Below, piece by piece: positions 16,790 through 26,100 of a DNA stretch of 32,632 bases (the first letter of the stretch is position 1; each line of letters opens with the position of its first letter). This stretch comes from Deltaproteobacteria bacterium (GTDB lineage Bacteria; Myxococcota_A; UBA9160; SMWR01), in contig JAQBHB010000107.1 in assembly GCA_032128115.1 (NCBI GenBank), positions 1 to 32,632 of the forward strand, given 5' to 3'. The translations under genes were made by a program, and so were the position numbers. Below the pieces are notes generated by a model. That model was given only the letters and a program-made list of their open reading frames with translations, was not told the origin of the DNA and ran no database searches.

Positions 16790-16865
16790 CGGGGTGTAGC
16801 TCAGCGGCCAGAGCCTGATCTTTGGGTGGTCAGCGTCGTGGGTTCGAATCCCACCACCCCGACCA
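16790..16865 (+). tRNA. tRNA-Pro (anticodon TGG), CCA encoded
   Basis: Folded by hand: acceptor CGGGGTG/CACCCCG; D arm GCTC-AGCGGCCA-GAGC; anticodon arm TGATC-TTTGGGT-GGTCA; T arm GTGGG-TTCGAAT-CCCAC; A73-CCA; C1-G72. Confidence 0.93.
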
Positions 16866-16873
16866 TTCCTGTT

Positions 16874-16903
16874 TTGAAGTTCCGGATCTTGAAGTTCCAG
16901 ATC
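16874..16903. repeat. 15-bp tandem duplication just 3' of the tRNA
   Basis: ttgaagttcc(g/a)gatc x2. Confidence 0.85.
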
Positions 16904-16907
16904 GATT

Positions 16908-17465
16908 TCAGGCGGCGATTCCGGCGACGAGCAGGAACGACACGACGAGAAGCGTTGCCAGTGTGACCCCGAGTGCGAGGGCACAGACCACCAGGGCTCG
17001 CGTCAGCGGCACGTCGAGTGCCTCGCGGATGGCCACGACGAGCGCCAGCGTGGCCCACACGTGGGCCCCCACCCAGAGCCAATGTCGCAGCACCCCGATT
17101 GGAGGTCCGCCGAGGGCGAGAAGGAGAAGGGGCGCCGCCGCGAAGCCGATCGTACGCAATAGCTCCGGGTAGTCGGCACTGTAGTGGAGGCGCTGGACCC
17201 CGATCCCCCAGATCACGACTCCGGCGCTGAGCCACACGGCGATGGCGATGATCGGGCTCCCGATCAGACCCACGACCCCCTCGTCCTGCAGTACGCCCAG
17301 CCCGCGCGCAAACCCCGCGGCCACCACCACGGCAGCCGCCTGCCCCATGGCCCCGCGATCCCGCTCCACGTCCCCAAAAGCCGCGCCTTCGAGTCGGAGC
17401 GCACCGCAGACCCGCCAGATCAGGGAAGCGATTGCATTTCGTTGTGCGTTCTCGACCGCCGTCAT
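16908..17465 (-). CDS. Yip1-family membrane protein
   Basis: GALRLEGAAFGDVERDRGAMGQA; ELLRTIGFAAAP; VVAIREALD..RAL; about 5 TM helices; ggagagg RBS. Confidence 0.78.
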   Translation of the reverse strand: MTAVENAQRNAIASLIWRVCGALRLEGAAFGDVERDRGAMGQAAAVVVAAGFARGLGVLQDEGVVGLIGSPIIAIAVWLSAGVVIWGIGVQRLHYSADYPELLRTIGFAAAPLLLLALGGPPIGVLRHWLWVGAHVWATLALVVAIREALDVPLTRALVVCALALGVTLATLLVVSFLLVAGIAA

Positions 17466-17550
17466 GCTTCGGTCCTCTCCCGCTTCCGAAGCATCGACCG
17501 TGCCAGCGCCTGGCGCAGAGAACTCGCCCGGGGGTGATCCGCCGGGGCAT

Positions 17551-17591
17551 CCCGCCCCGCCCGGGGGCGCTACGCCCCCGGGCGGGGCGGG
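17551..17591. terminator. Perfect 19-bp all-GC inverted repeat (3-nt loop); terminator or stability hairpin
   Basis: cccgccccgcccgggggcg-cta-cgcccccgggcggggcggg, 11 nt after the stop of the 17603-17956 gene; no U-tract. Confidence 0.6.
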
Positions 17592-17602
17592 CTCGCAAGG
17601 AT

Positions 17603-17956
17603 CTACTTCTTCTTGGCGGCTTGCCGCACGCGATTGACGGTCTTCTCCACCTGGCGGCGCGCCCGCGCCGACATGGCGCGCCACTCCTTCTGACCGCGCG
17701 CCTCCAAAGCGCCCAGCTGGTGACTGGTGTCTCGCACCACGCGCGTGAGACTCCGGCGCGTCTGCCGCCCCGCCGTCTCGATCTGTCTCTCGACGGAACC
17801 GATGTCGCGCCGCAGCTGACGCACCATCGCGCTCAGCGACTTCGGGAGCTCTTCGCCCACGATGGACACCTTCTTCCGGACCCCCGGAGTCTTTTTGCGC
17901 GCGCCGGTCTTTCGGCTCGGCGCTTTCTTGCGCGCGGTTTTCTTCTTCGCAGCCAC
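17603..17956 (-). CDS. Small very basic protein: histone-H1-like Lys/Arg N-tail plus amphipathic helical domain
   Basis: MAAKKKTARKKAPSRKTGARKKT N-terminus; gagggg RBS before the GTG; helical heptad-like remainder. Confidence 0.75.
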   Translation of the reverse strand: MAAKKKTARKKAPSRKTGARKKTPGVRKKVSIVGEELPKSLSAMVRQLRRDIGSVERQIETAGRQTRRSLTRVVRDTSHQLGALEARGQKEWRAMSARARRQVEKTVNRVRQAAKKK

Positions 17957-18091
17957 TTTTGCGCCCCCTCTGGAAGAGTTCCGGGATCTCCCCGACGTCC
18001 GAGGCTCCCGGTCAGACCCTACACCACATGCGGCCGATTGGATGCGAATGATAAGCTACGCGACCGACGTCTCGGGGAGGACTCTTTCGCC

Positions 18092-19117
18092 GTGCCTGGA
18101 AAGATCTTCGTCACCCGACGCATCCGGGATGCGGGCCTGGATCTGATCCGGGAGGCGGGTGTGGAACTTCGCGTCTGGCCGGGTGCAGACAACTCGCGCC
18201 CGAGCCGGGGGGAGATGCTCGAGGCGGTGCGCTGGGCCGACGTGTTGTTGTCGCTTCTGACCGAGCCCATCGATCGTGAGGTGATGTGCGCGAACCCGAG
18301 CCTCCGGGGTGTCGCCAACTTTGCGGTGGGCTTCGACAACATCGACGTTCCGGCGGCGACGGAGCTGGGCGTGCCCATCAGCAATACGCCCGGGGTGCTC
18401 ACCGACACCACCGCCGACCTCACCTGGGCGCTGCTGCTGGGAGCGGCCCGGCACGTGGCTGCGGGCGACGTCTACATGCGCGGCGGGCAATACGAGGTGT
18501 GGGGCCCGAACCTGCTGCTGGGTGAGGACGTCTCGCCCGGCGGCGACGGTCGCTCCAAGGTCCTGGGACTCCTGGGCTTCGGCCGGATCGGCCAGGCCGT
18601 GGCGCGCCGCGCCCTGGGCTTCGACATGCGGGTGCTGGCCTTCGATCCCTTCGCTCGCGAGGCCATCGAGGCCCACGATCAGGCCGAGTGGGCCGACCTG
18701 GACGATCTCCTGCGCGCGAGCGACTTCGTGAGCGTCCACGCGCTGCTATCGGAACAGACACGGCACCTGATCAGTGCGCGCGAGCTGGGCCTCATGAAGC
18801 CCACGGCCTTCCTGATCAATGCGGCTCGGGGGCCCATCGTAGACGAAGAGGCGCTGGTGCAGGCGCTTCGCAACAAACAGATCGCCGGCGCGGGGCTCGA
18901 CGTCTACGAGAACGAGCCGGCCATGGCCGAGGGCCTGGCGGAACTCCCGAACGCCGTGCTGCTACCGCACCTGGGCAGCGCCACCCGCGGCACGCGCGAT
19001 CTGATGGCGACACGCGCCGCCACCAATGCGCTGGCCATGTTGCGGGGAGAGCGGGCGCCCCATTGTGTGAATCCGGAGGTGTACGAGAGTGCCGCCTACC
19101 GGTCGCGGCTCGGCTGA
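18092..19117 (+). CDS. D-glycerate dehydrogenase/glyoxylate reductase (D-2-hydroxyacid dehydrogenase)
   Basis: AVGFDNID; NTPGVLTDTTADL; GFGRIG Rossmann motif; INAARG; LDVYENEP; PHLGSAT; ggagg RBS. Confidence 0.92.
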   Translation: MPGKIFVTRRIRDAGLDLIREAGVELRVWPGADNSRPSRGEMLEAVRWADVLLSLLTEPIDREVMCANPSLRGVANFAVGFDNIDVPAATELGVPISNTPGVLTDTTADLTWALLLGAARHVAAGDVYMRGGQYEVWGPNLLLGEDVSPGGDGRSKVLGLLGFGRIGQAVARRALGFDMRVLAFDPFAREAIEAHDQAEWADLDDLLRASDFVSVHALLSEQTRHLISARELGLMKPTAFLINAARGPIVDEEALVQALRNKQIAGAGLDVYENEPAMAEGLAELPNAVLLPHLGSATRGTRDLMATRAATNALAMLRGERAPHCVNPEVYESAAYRSRLG

Positions 19118-19127
19118 GATCTCTCCG

Positions 19128-20684
19128 TTGACGAACGCATCGGCCGACCGCAGACGCGCACGGCGCACCTGGCTCGCGCGCCGCGACGTGCAGGGGGGCG
19201 GGGCCCTGGTGCTTGCGGCCCTGGCGAGTCTCCCCTGGCTGGTGCACGGGTTCAGCGATCCCGTGCTTCGCGTGGGCGATGGCGCCATCTACCAGCTGAC
19301 CGCGTACTCCCTGCTGGCCGGGGAGGGATACACGTATCTCGGCGAGCCGTTCGTTCTGCGGCCTCCCGGGTTTCCGGTGCTATTGATGCCGGTGCTGGGA
19401 CTGTTCGGCTCCGATTCGCTAGCCGTCAACACGTACGTAGGTCTCTGGGGCGTGGCGGCGATCGCGCTGCTTTTCGCGTTCTATCGGCCCCAGCTGGGAA
19501 TCGGGCCCGCGGCCGCGCTTGCCGTCCTGGCCTGGTGCCACCCCCTGGTTCGCGAGCTCTCGAATCAGGCCATGTCCGACGTGCCGGGGGTCGCTGTCCT
19601 GTTCGCGTGCCTCCTGTGCGAACGCTGGGCGGCCGCGCGGCCGGGGCTTCGGCGCGATTGGGTCCTGGGCGTGGCCATCGGCCTGGCTGCCTACGTGCGC
19701 ACGTCTCTGCTGCTGCTGGCGCCGGCCATCCTGGCGGCTCGGCTGCTCGAACACGTTCTCGGCGCACCATCGCAGGCGCGCGACCCGGGGCTCCGGGGCT
19801 TCATGCGTTTCGTCTGCCTGCGCCTGCTCCCGGTGTTGGCACTCGCGCTGCTCGTGCAGGCGCCGTGGTCGATCCGGAACGACCGGGTGGTCCAGCCCGA
19901 TCCGTTGGAGCACACCCTGTTCCACTCCTATACGGTCGCCATGTGGCACGCGGACAAGGCGGACCCCGGGTCGTCGCGCCTGGGGTTGAACGCCCTGGCG
20001 CGCCGGCTGCAGAAGCGCTCGGAGGAGCTGGCCCAGGAGCTGAACCGCCGCCTGAAGGACGCGGGAGACGGGCCCTCGGTTCCCCTGTTCGCCGGGCTGG
20101 GCCTCGTCTGCTGGGCGATCGTCCTCGTGCGCAGGCGCGCTCCCGTGGACTTCCTGGTCGGGGGCCTGCTCCTGCTGCACTCGATCTACTTTGGCTTCGC
20201 GGCGCGCCTGATCCTGCCCGTCTACCTGATGCTGCTGGCCTGTGTGGCCCAGGTCGCGATCTGGGGGCTCACGCCCGCTCTGGGGCGCGTTCGCGTGCGC
20301 ATGTCGGTGGCCGTGGCCCTGGCGATGCTGGCGTGGATCGACTTCCAGCCGCGAGCGGGCTTTGCGGCCGTGGAAGTGCGACACACTGCCAACGCGCAGG
20401 TGGTTGCGTACTTGCGCGAGAACTTCTCACCCGACGAGCCCCTGGCCGCCGATTTTGGCGCCCACATCTCACTTGCCCTGGACCGCCCCGTCTACACCCT
20501 GCGCTGGGTGGCGCAACGCCAGGGCGAACAGGGCCTGTTGGCGTTGATCGAGAAGTACGAGATCGTGGGCCTGGTGCTCGATCGCCGCGAGCCCAGCGGC
20601 CGTCAGCTGCTGCCGGTGCTCGAGCCCCGCTACGGCTGTGAAGCAACCGTGGCCGACCGATGCATCCTGCGGATTCCCCGATGA
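19128..20684 (+). CDS. GT-C fold (PMT/ArnT-like) membrane glycosyltransferase
   Basis: [43 protein letters not shown]; many TM helices. Start (TTG 19128) uncertain. Confidence 0.72.
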   Translation: MTNASADRRRARRTWLARRDVQGGGALVLAALASLPWLVHGFSDPVLRVGDGAIYQLTAYSLLAGEGYTYLGEPFVLRPPGFPVLLMPVLGLFGSDSLAVNTYVGLWGVAAIALLFAFYRPQLGIGPAAALAVLAWCHPLVRELSNQAMSDVPGVAVLFACLLCERWAAARPGLRRDWVLGVAIGLAAYVRTSLLLLAPAILAARLLEHVLGAPSQARDPGLRGFMRFVCLRLLPVLALALLVQAPWSIRNDRVVQPDPLEHTLFHSYTVAMWHADKADPGSSRLGLNALARRLQKRSEELAQELNRRLKDAGDGPSVPLFAGLGLVCWAIVLVRRRAPVDFLVGGLLLLHSIYFGFAARLILPVYLMLLACVAQVAIWGLTPALGRVRVRMSVAVALAMLAWIDFQPRAGFAAVEVRHTANAQVVAYLRENFSPDEPLAADFGAHISLALDRPVYTLRWVAQRQGEQGLLALIEKYEIVGLVLDRREPSGRQLLPVLEPRYGCEATVADRCILRIPR

Positions 20685-20835
20685 GGCCCGCCTCGCTCCC
20701 CAAGCAGGCGGAATCCGACGGGATTCTGCGCCTGTGCCAGGTTCGCGCCGGGTCGCGAGCCGCTTCCTCGCTCGCCGGAATCGCTGTATGTTTGGGCGTG
20801 CCCCCCGCACCTGCAGAACCTCCTTCGGAGAGAGA

Positions 20836-22872
20836 ATGACCGCGACCCCGAGCCCCGGGCTGCGCCAACGCATCGAGAACACGATCCGCTTCCTGGCCGT
20901 CGATGCCGTCGAGCGCGCCGGCTGCGGCCACCCGGGCGCACCCATGGCGCTGGCGGGCGCGGCCTTCGAGATCTGGAACGCGCACCTGCGCTTCGATCCC
21001 GCCGACCCGGCCTGGCCCCTGCGCGATCGCTTCGTGCTGTCCAACGGACACGCATCCATGCTGCTCTACTCGTTGCTGCACCTGTTCGGCTACGACCTCC
21101 CCCTGGAGGAGATCGTCCGCTTCCGCCAGCTGGGCGCTCGCACCCCGGGCCACCCGGAATACGGCGACACGCCCGGGGTCGAGCTCACCACGGGCCCCCT
21201 GGGCCAGGGATTCGCCCACGGCGTGGGCATGGCCCTGGCCGGCCGCCTGACGCGCTCGCGCTTCAACGCCGGCCCCGCAGGTCCGGGCAACCACTTCGTG
21301 TACGGGATCGTGAGCGACGGCGACCTGATGGAGGGCGTCTCCTCCGAGGCGGGCTCCCTGGCCGGGCACCTGGGGCTGGGGAACCTGATCTACCTCTACG
21401 ACGACAACCGCATCACCATCGACGGCCCCACGTCGGTGTCGTTCAGCGAAGACGTGCCCAAGCGCTTCGAGGCCCAGCGCTGGCACGTCCAGAACGTGGA
21501 CGGCGAAGACGCCGAAGGACTGGCGCGCGCCCTGGCCGCCTCTCGCGAGGAGAGTGATCGCCCGTCCATGATCGTGCTGCGCACCACCATCGGCCTGGGA
21601 AGTCCGAATCGCTCGGGCAAGAGCCAGGCCCACGGCGAGAAGCTCGGCGCCGACGAAGTGAAGCTCACGAAGCAGGCCCTGGGCTGGCCGCTGGAGCCCG
21701 AATTCCTGGTGCCCGACGACGTGCGCGCCTTCCTGAGCGAGCGGATCGCCGCGAAGAAGGCCCTGCGCAGCGAACTGGACGCGGGGCTCGAGCGCTGGCG
21801 CGCGGCGAACCCGGAGCGCGCAGACGCGTGGGACGCGGCCCGGGAGCGCCGGCTTCCCGACGATCTGGCCCAGCAGCTCGCCGAGGGCCTCGAAGGCGTG
21901 GACGCCGCCACGCGCGTGCACGGCGGCAAGGTGCTGGATCGTCTGGAGACCCTGGCGCCGTACTGGGTGGGCGGCTCGGCCGACCTGGCGGGATCGGCGG
22001 CGCCTCCGATCCTGAAGGGCCGGGGCATCGCCGGGCCGGCGGCCGGGGAGGGTGCCGACCCGTTCGACGCCGTGAACCTGCACTTCGGAGTGCGCGAGCA
22101 CGCCATGGCCGCCATCTCGAACGGCATCGCCCTGGACGGCACGTTCCGACCCTACTGCGGCACCTTCCTGATCTTCAGCGACTACCTGCGGCCCTCGCTG
22201 CGGCTGGCGGCGTTGATGCAGGTGCCTACCGTCTTCGTATTCACCCACGACTCGATCTTCCTGGGCGAGGACGGTCCGACGCACCAGCCCATCGAACATC
22301 TGGACTCGCTTCGGGCCGTGCCGGGGTTCACGGTCTTCCGACCGGCCGATGGCATCGAGACGGCCATGGCCTGGGCCTGGATCGCGCGAGCCCGGGGACC
22401 CGCCATGCTGGCGCTGAGCCGCCAGACCCTGCGCGCCCTGAAGCGAGAGGCGCCCTTCCAGCTGACGGACGTGTTGCGCGGGGGCTACGCGGTGCGCGAC
22501 CCGGGAGCCGACACCAGACTGGTGCTGGTGGCCACGGGATCGGAGGTGGCGTTGGCCTGCGACGCGGCCGACAAGCTGCTCGCGGAGGGCCTGCCGGCGC
22601 GGGTGGTCTCCATGCCCAGCCTGGAGCTCTTTCTGGAGCAGCCGGCCGACTATCGGGAGCGTCTGGTGCCCGACGACGGCACGCCGGTGGTGGCCGTGGA
22701 GGCCGGTCGGGGCGAGAGCTTCCGCCGCCTGGTGGGAACCCGCGGCCTCATCTGCGGCATCGATCGCTTCGGTGCATCGGCGCCCCTGGCCGACCTGGCC
22801 GAGGCCTTCGGCTTCACGCCCGACAAGCTGGCCGAACGCATTCGCGAGCACCTGCGCGGGGCGGAATCCTGA
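20836..22872 (+). CDS. tkt: Transketolase
   Basis: [39 protein letters not shown] motif; [27 protein letters not shown]. Confidence 0.97.
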   Translation: MTATPSPGLRQRIENTIRFLAVDAVERAGCGHPGAPMALAGAAFEIWNAHLRFDPADPAWPLRDRFVLSNGHASMLLYSLLHLFGYDLPLEEIVRFRQLGARTPGHPEYGDTPGVELTTGPLGQGFAHGVGMALAGRLTRSRFNAGPAGPGNHFVYGIVSDGDLMEGVSSEAGSLAGHLGLGNLIYLYDDNRITIDGPTSVSFSEDVPKRFEAQRWHVQNVDGEDAEGLARALAASREESDRPSMIVLRTTIGLGSPNRSGKSQAHGEKLGADEVKLTKQALGWPLEPEFLVPDDVRAFLSERIAAKKALRSELDAGLERWRAANPERADAWDAARERRLPDDLAQQLAEGLEGVDAATRVHGGKVLDRLETLAPYWVGGSADLAGSAAPPILKGRGIAGPAAGEGADPFDAVNLHFGVREHAMAAISNGIALDGTFRPYCGTFLIFSDYLRPSLRLAALMQVPTVFVFTHDSIFLGEDGPTHQPIEHLDSLRAVPGFTVFRPADGIETAMAWAWIARARGPAMLALSRQTLRALKREAPFQLTDVLRGGYAVRDPGADTRLVLVATGSEVALACDAADKLLAEGLPARVVSMPSLELFLEQPADYRERLVPDDGTPVVAVEAGRGESFRRLVGTRGLICGIDRFGASAPLADLAEAFGFTPDKLAERIREHLRGAES

Positions 22873-23183
22873 TGGAGCTTCCCGCGATCGTGGGCTGGGC
22901 CGCTGCGGCCCTGGTGGTGGTGGGCTGGCTCGTGATCTCTTTCAGCGAGCCCGGCCGGAAGCGCGAAATCGCGGAGTGGGCCTCGGCCTCGGCGCTCTAT
23001 CTGAGCCTGCTCATGCTCTTCACCTGGCTGCTGCGCAAGGCGATCGCGACGGAAAGCACGGCCGGAATGATTGGCTTTGGTTTCCTGTCGGTGTTGTTCG
23101 GAATGGGGCTCTGCGTGAGCCTGTACCACGCCGCGAGAAGTGGGCGCGGCGCCGACAAGTCTCGCAGCAGCGCCACCAACTAG
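22872..23183 (+). CDS. Small 3-TM hypothetical membrane protein (103 aa)
   Basis: ATG overlaps the tkt stop (TGATG); three hydrophobic segments. Confidence 0.7.
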   Translation: MELPAIVGWAAAALVVVGWLVISFSEPGRKREIAEWASASALYLSLLMLFTWLLRKAIATESTAGMIGFGFLSVLFGMGLCVSLYHAARSGRGADKSRSSATN

Positions 23184-23192
23184 GCGGGTCTG

Positions 23193-26100
23193 CTACGGCA
23201 GACCGACGCGGCTGGCGCCCACGACATCCAGGAGCGCCTGGGCCGAGAGCCCGTCGGGCTGGAGTGCCTGCACGAGTTCGCCGGCGACGCCCTCACGCAG
23301 CTTCTGCTGGTCCGTCGGATCGAGGTCCAGAAGCTGCAGCTGCGTCAGCAGGTGCGCGATCTGCTCCACGTAGACGACCGTCTCGCGGTAGCGCCGGGAA
23401 CTCTCCAGGTAGCGGTAGAAGGATGCACCGTCGACCTCGCCGAAGGGCTGGTCGCGTCGGTAGTCGGCCAGGGCCTGGTCGAAGGCCAGTCGCTGGGCCT
23501 CCACCGGGGGGTGGGTCGAGAGCAGCTCGCGGTACAGGCGCGCCGCATCGCGGGCGCGCTCCGTCTGGAGCGCCCGCGCGTCGAACGTGGGCAGGTCGGA
23601 CGTGCCGGCCGCAACCGGCGCCAGGCAGCGCTCGAGATCGTGGCTGCCGCCCTGCAGGTCGGCGCACTGCAGATATGCAAGCACCGTGTCGGCGCTGGGC
23701 GCCTCGGCGTTGCTGACGGGAGCGTCCGCTCCGAATCGGGGCGGCACCCACTCCGTGACGGCCGGCTGCTTGCGGGGAATCACTCCGGACGCATCGCCCA
23801 CGGCTTCGGGGCCGGTGAAGACCAGGTCCACCACCGTGCCATTCGGCGACAGGTTCGAAACCGTGACCCCGGTGCCCTCGTCGTTGATCAAATGGAGGCC
23901 GAAGCCGTCCAGGCTGGGGATCGCGACTTCGCCGTCGATGGTGGCGAGCGTCACGACCGGTGTGCCCACGGAATCCACGTCCACGATCTCGGGAGTCGTG
24001 GAGAAGCGCAGCCCGTTGGCCACGATGTCCAGGCCCCCGTCGGTGATGACGTCGCCGCCGGTGGTGTAGGCGGGTCCGGGACGGCGGGCCAGCAGCTGGA
24101 TCACGGGTGCGTTCACGTCGAGGGATCCGGCCGACACGTCGCCGAAGCGGGCCACGTCGGCGTCGATCGACAGGGACCCGCCCACCGAGATCTTCTCGTG
24201 CTCGCCCACCTCGAATCGCGACGTTTCGAAGCTGAGCGGTCCACGTCGCTTGTAGATGGTGGCCTCCGCGGGAACGTCCTCCTGACCGGCGAGCTTGAGC
24301 AGGATGGCCTCGTCCGCACGCACCCGTTCGGCGCCGCTGAAGACCACGTTGCCCGGGGTCTCGACCTCGAGGCGCTTCAGGGGGGCGTCGGCTCCCACGT
24401 CACCGCCGAAGGTCACGTCGTCTCCCGCCTGCACCCGCACCTCCAGGTCCGCTCCGTCAACGGCGCGTCCGAATCCGACCGCCTCGCCGGCTTCGAACCT
24501 GGTGTTTTCGGTCAGTGATACGCCGCCGCCGAAGGTCTGGCTGCCGCTGGTGCGCACGAGTCCCACCTGCAGCTCCGATTTGCCGAGCCCGGTGAGGTCG
24601 AGATCATGGAGGCGTTCCGATCCGCCCACCGCGCCGCCGAAGCGGATCGCGCCCGGGGCGTCGATCGAGAGCGAGGCGCCTCCGTCGCTGACCGCGTCCA
24701 CGGCCGAGGCGAACTCCACGCCGCCCGCGCGGCTCGAGAGGAACGCGTCGTCTTCCACCCGGACATCGCCGCCGAGGAAGATCCCGGACACCGCGTCCAC
24801 GTGCGACTCGCCTTCGTCGAGTGCACCCGCCAGGAAGATCGAGCCCGCGCCCGTCTCCAGCAACGAGACGAAGCCCTGCGAGGCGATGCCGGTGACCTTG
24901 CCCCGGCCGGGATCCGGGTGCTCGATCTCGGTAACGCGCATGCCCGTGCCGGCCGCTGCGCCGGTGTTGGCGACGTAGAAGTCCCCACCCGCCGCCGCAC
25001 CGGCCAGATCGCCTGCGCCCTGGACGACGATGGGATCGTTGGCCTCTCCCACGCCCCCCCCGGCCTCGAGGATCAGGCCACCGGCATCCGTCCCGTCCGC
25101 GGACATGACGATGCGCGGCGAAGTCGACGTCGCGGGGGCGCCGTCGCGAAGCGAGCCCAGCGTGACGAAGGCCAGGTCGGCACCGTTGTGCATCTCGACG
25201 GCCACACCATCGTCATCGCCAAGCGTGATGTCCGCCAGGTTCGAGAACCCGCTGTTGCCTCCCAGCGCGACGCTGCCGCTGGGAATCAGCAATTCGGGCG
25301 TGAGCACACCGTCCAGGCCTCGGAAGATCAGGCCCGCCGCGTTGGCCGTGGTGTCCACGCGGAGGTCGCGGATCACGTGGCCCCCTTCGGAGGCCTCGGC
25401 GGGGCCGATGTGGATCTCGTCGCGGGCGCCCTCGGGGCCCTGCACCACGTCGACGCTTGCCAACGAGTCGAACTGGCTCACCACGATGGTGGCGAAGCCC
25501 GGATCGGTGACCGCTACGTCCACGTCGCCGAGAGCGATCAGATCCAGCAGGCGATCCGCCGTTCCCGATCCCCGGATCACCAGGGGATTGCCCTCGCCGA
25601 TGGAAACCCCATCGAGGCGCACGTCGCCGTCGCTCTCGATGTGGGGGCCGCCTTCGACGGCCACCAGGCTGCCGAATCCGTCTCGATCCGTGTCGGCTCG
25701 CAGTTCGAGCTGGGCCTGGTTGGTCACGTGGATCGAATCCGTTGGGATGTTCAGGTTTCCCTCATTGGCGAAGTCCGCGTCGCCACCCAGGTGGAGCGTG
25801 CCCATGGAGAGCTCGGCCGGCAGCTCGCCCACCCGATTTTCGAGTTTGTACGCAAGGAACAGGGGCTCTGCCGTGGTGTCGGCGCTCACCGTGTGATGGG
25901 CGGGCGTGTCGGGGTCGACCGCGTCGGGGTCGACGGGGCCCGATTCGGGCTGTCCTTCGGCTCGGATGAAGCCGCCGCCGGCAAGCGTCACATCCACGTC
26001 GGCACCGGCGTCCGATTGGGTCCAGTCGAGGGTGCCGAAGCTGGCGTCGCCCAGGTCCACCGCCGAGTCCCCCGCGGACACCACCTGGAGCGTGTGGGTC

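Noticed and set aside
16790..16910. tRNA-Pro as an integration site of a genomic island
   Set aside because: No integrase, and no duplicated tRNA 3' end seen in the window.
22872..23183. Small membrane gene as an immunity protein for TpsA
   Set aside because: Opposite strand to tpsA and translationally coupled to tkt; TpsA shows no recognisable toxin domain.
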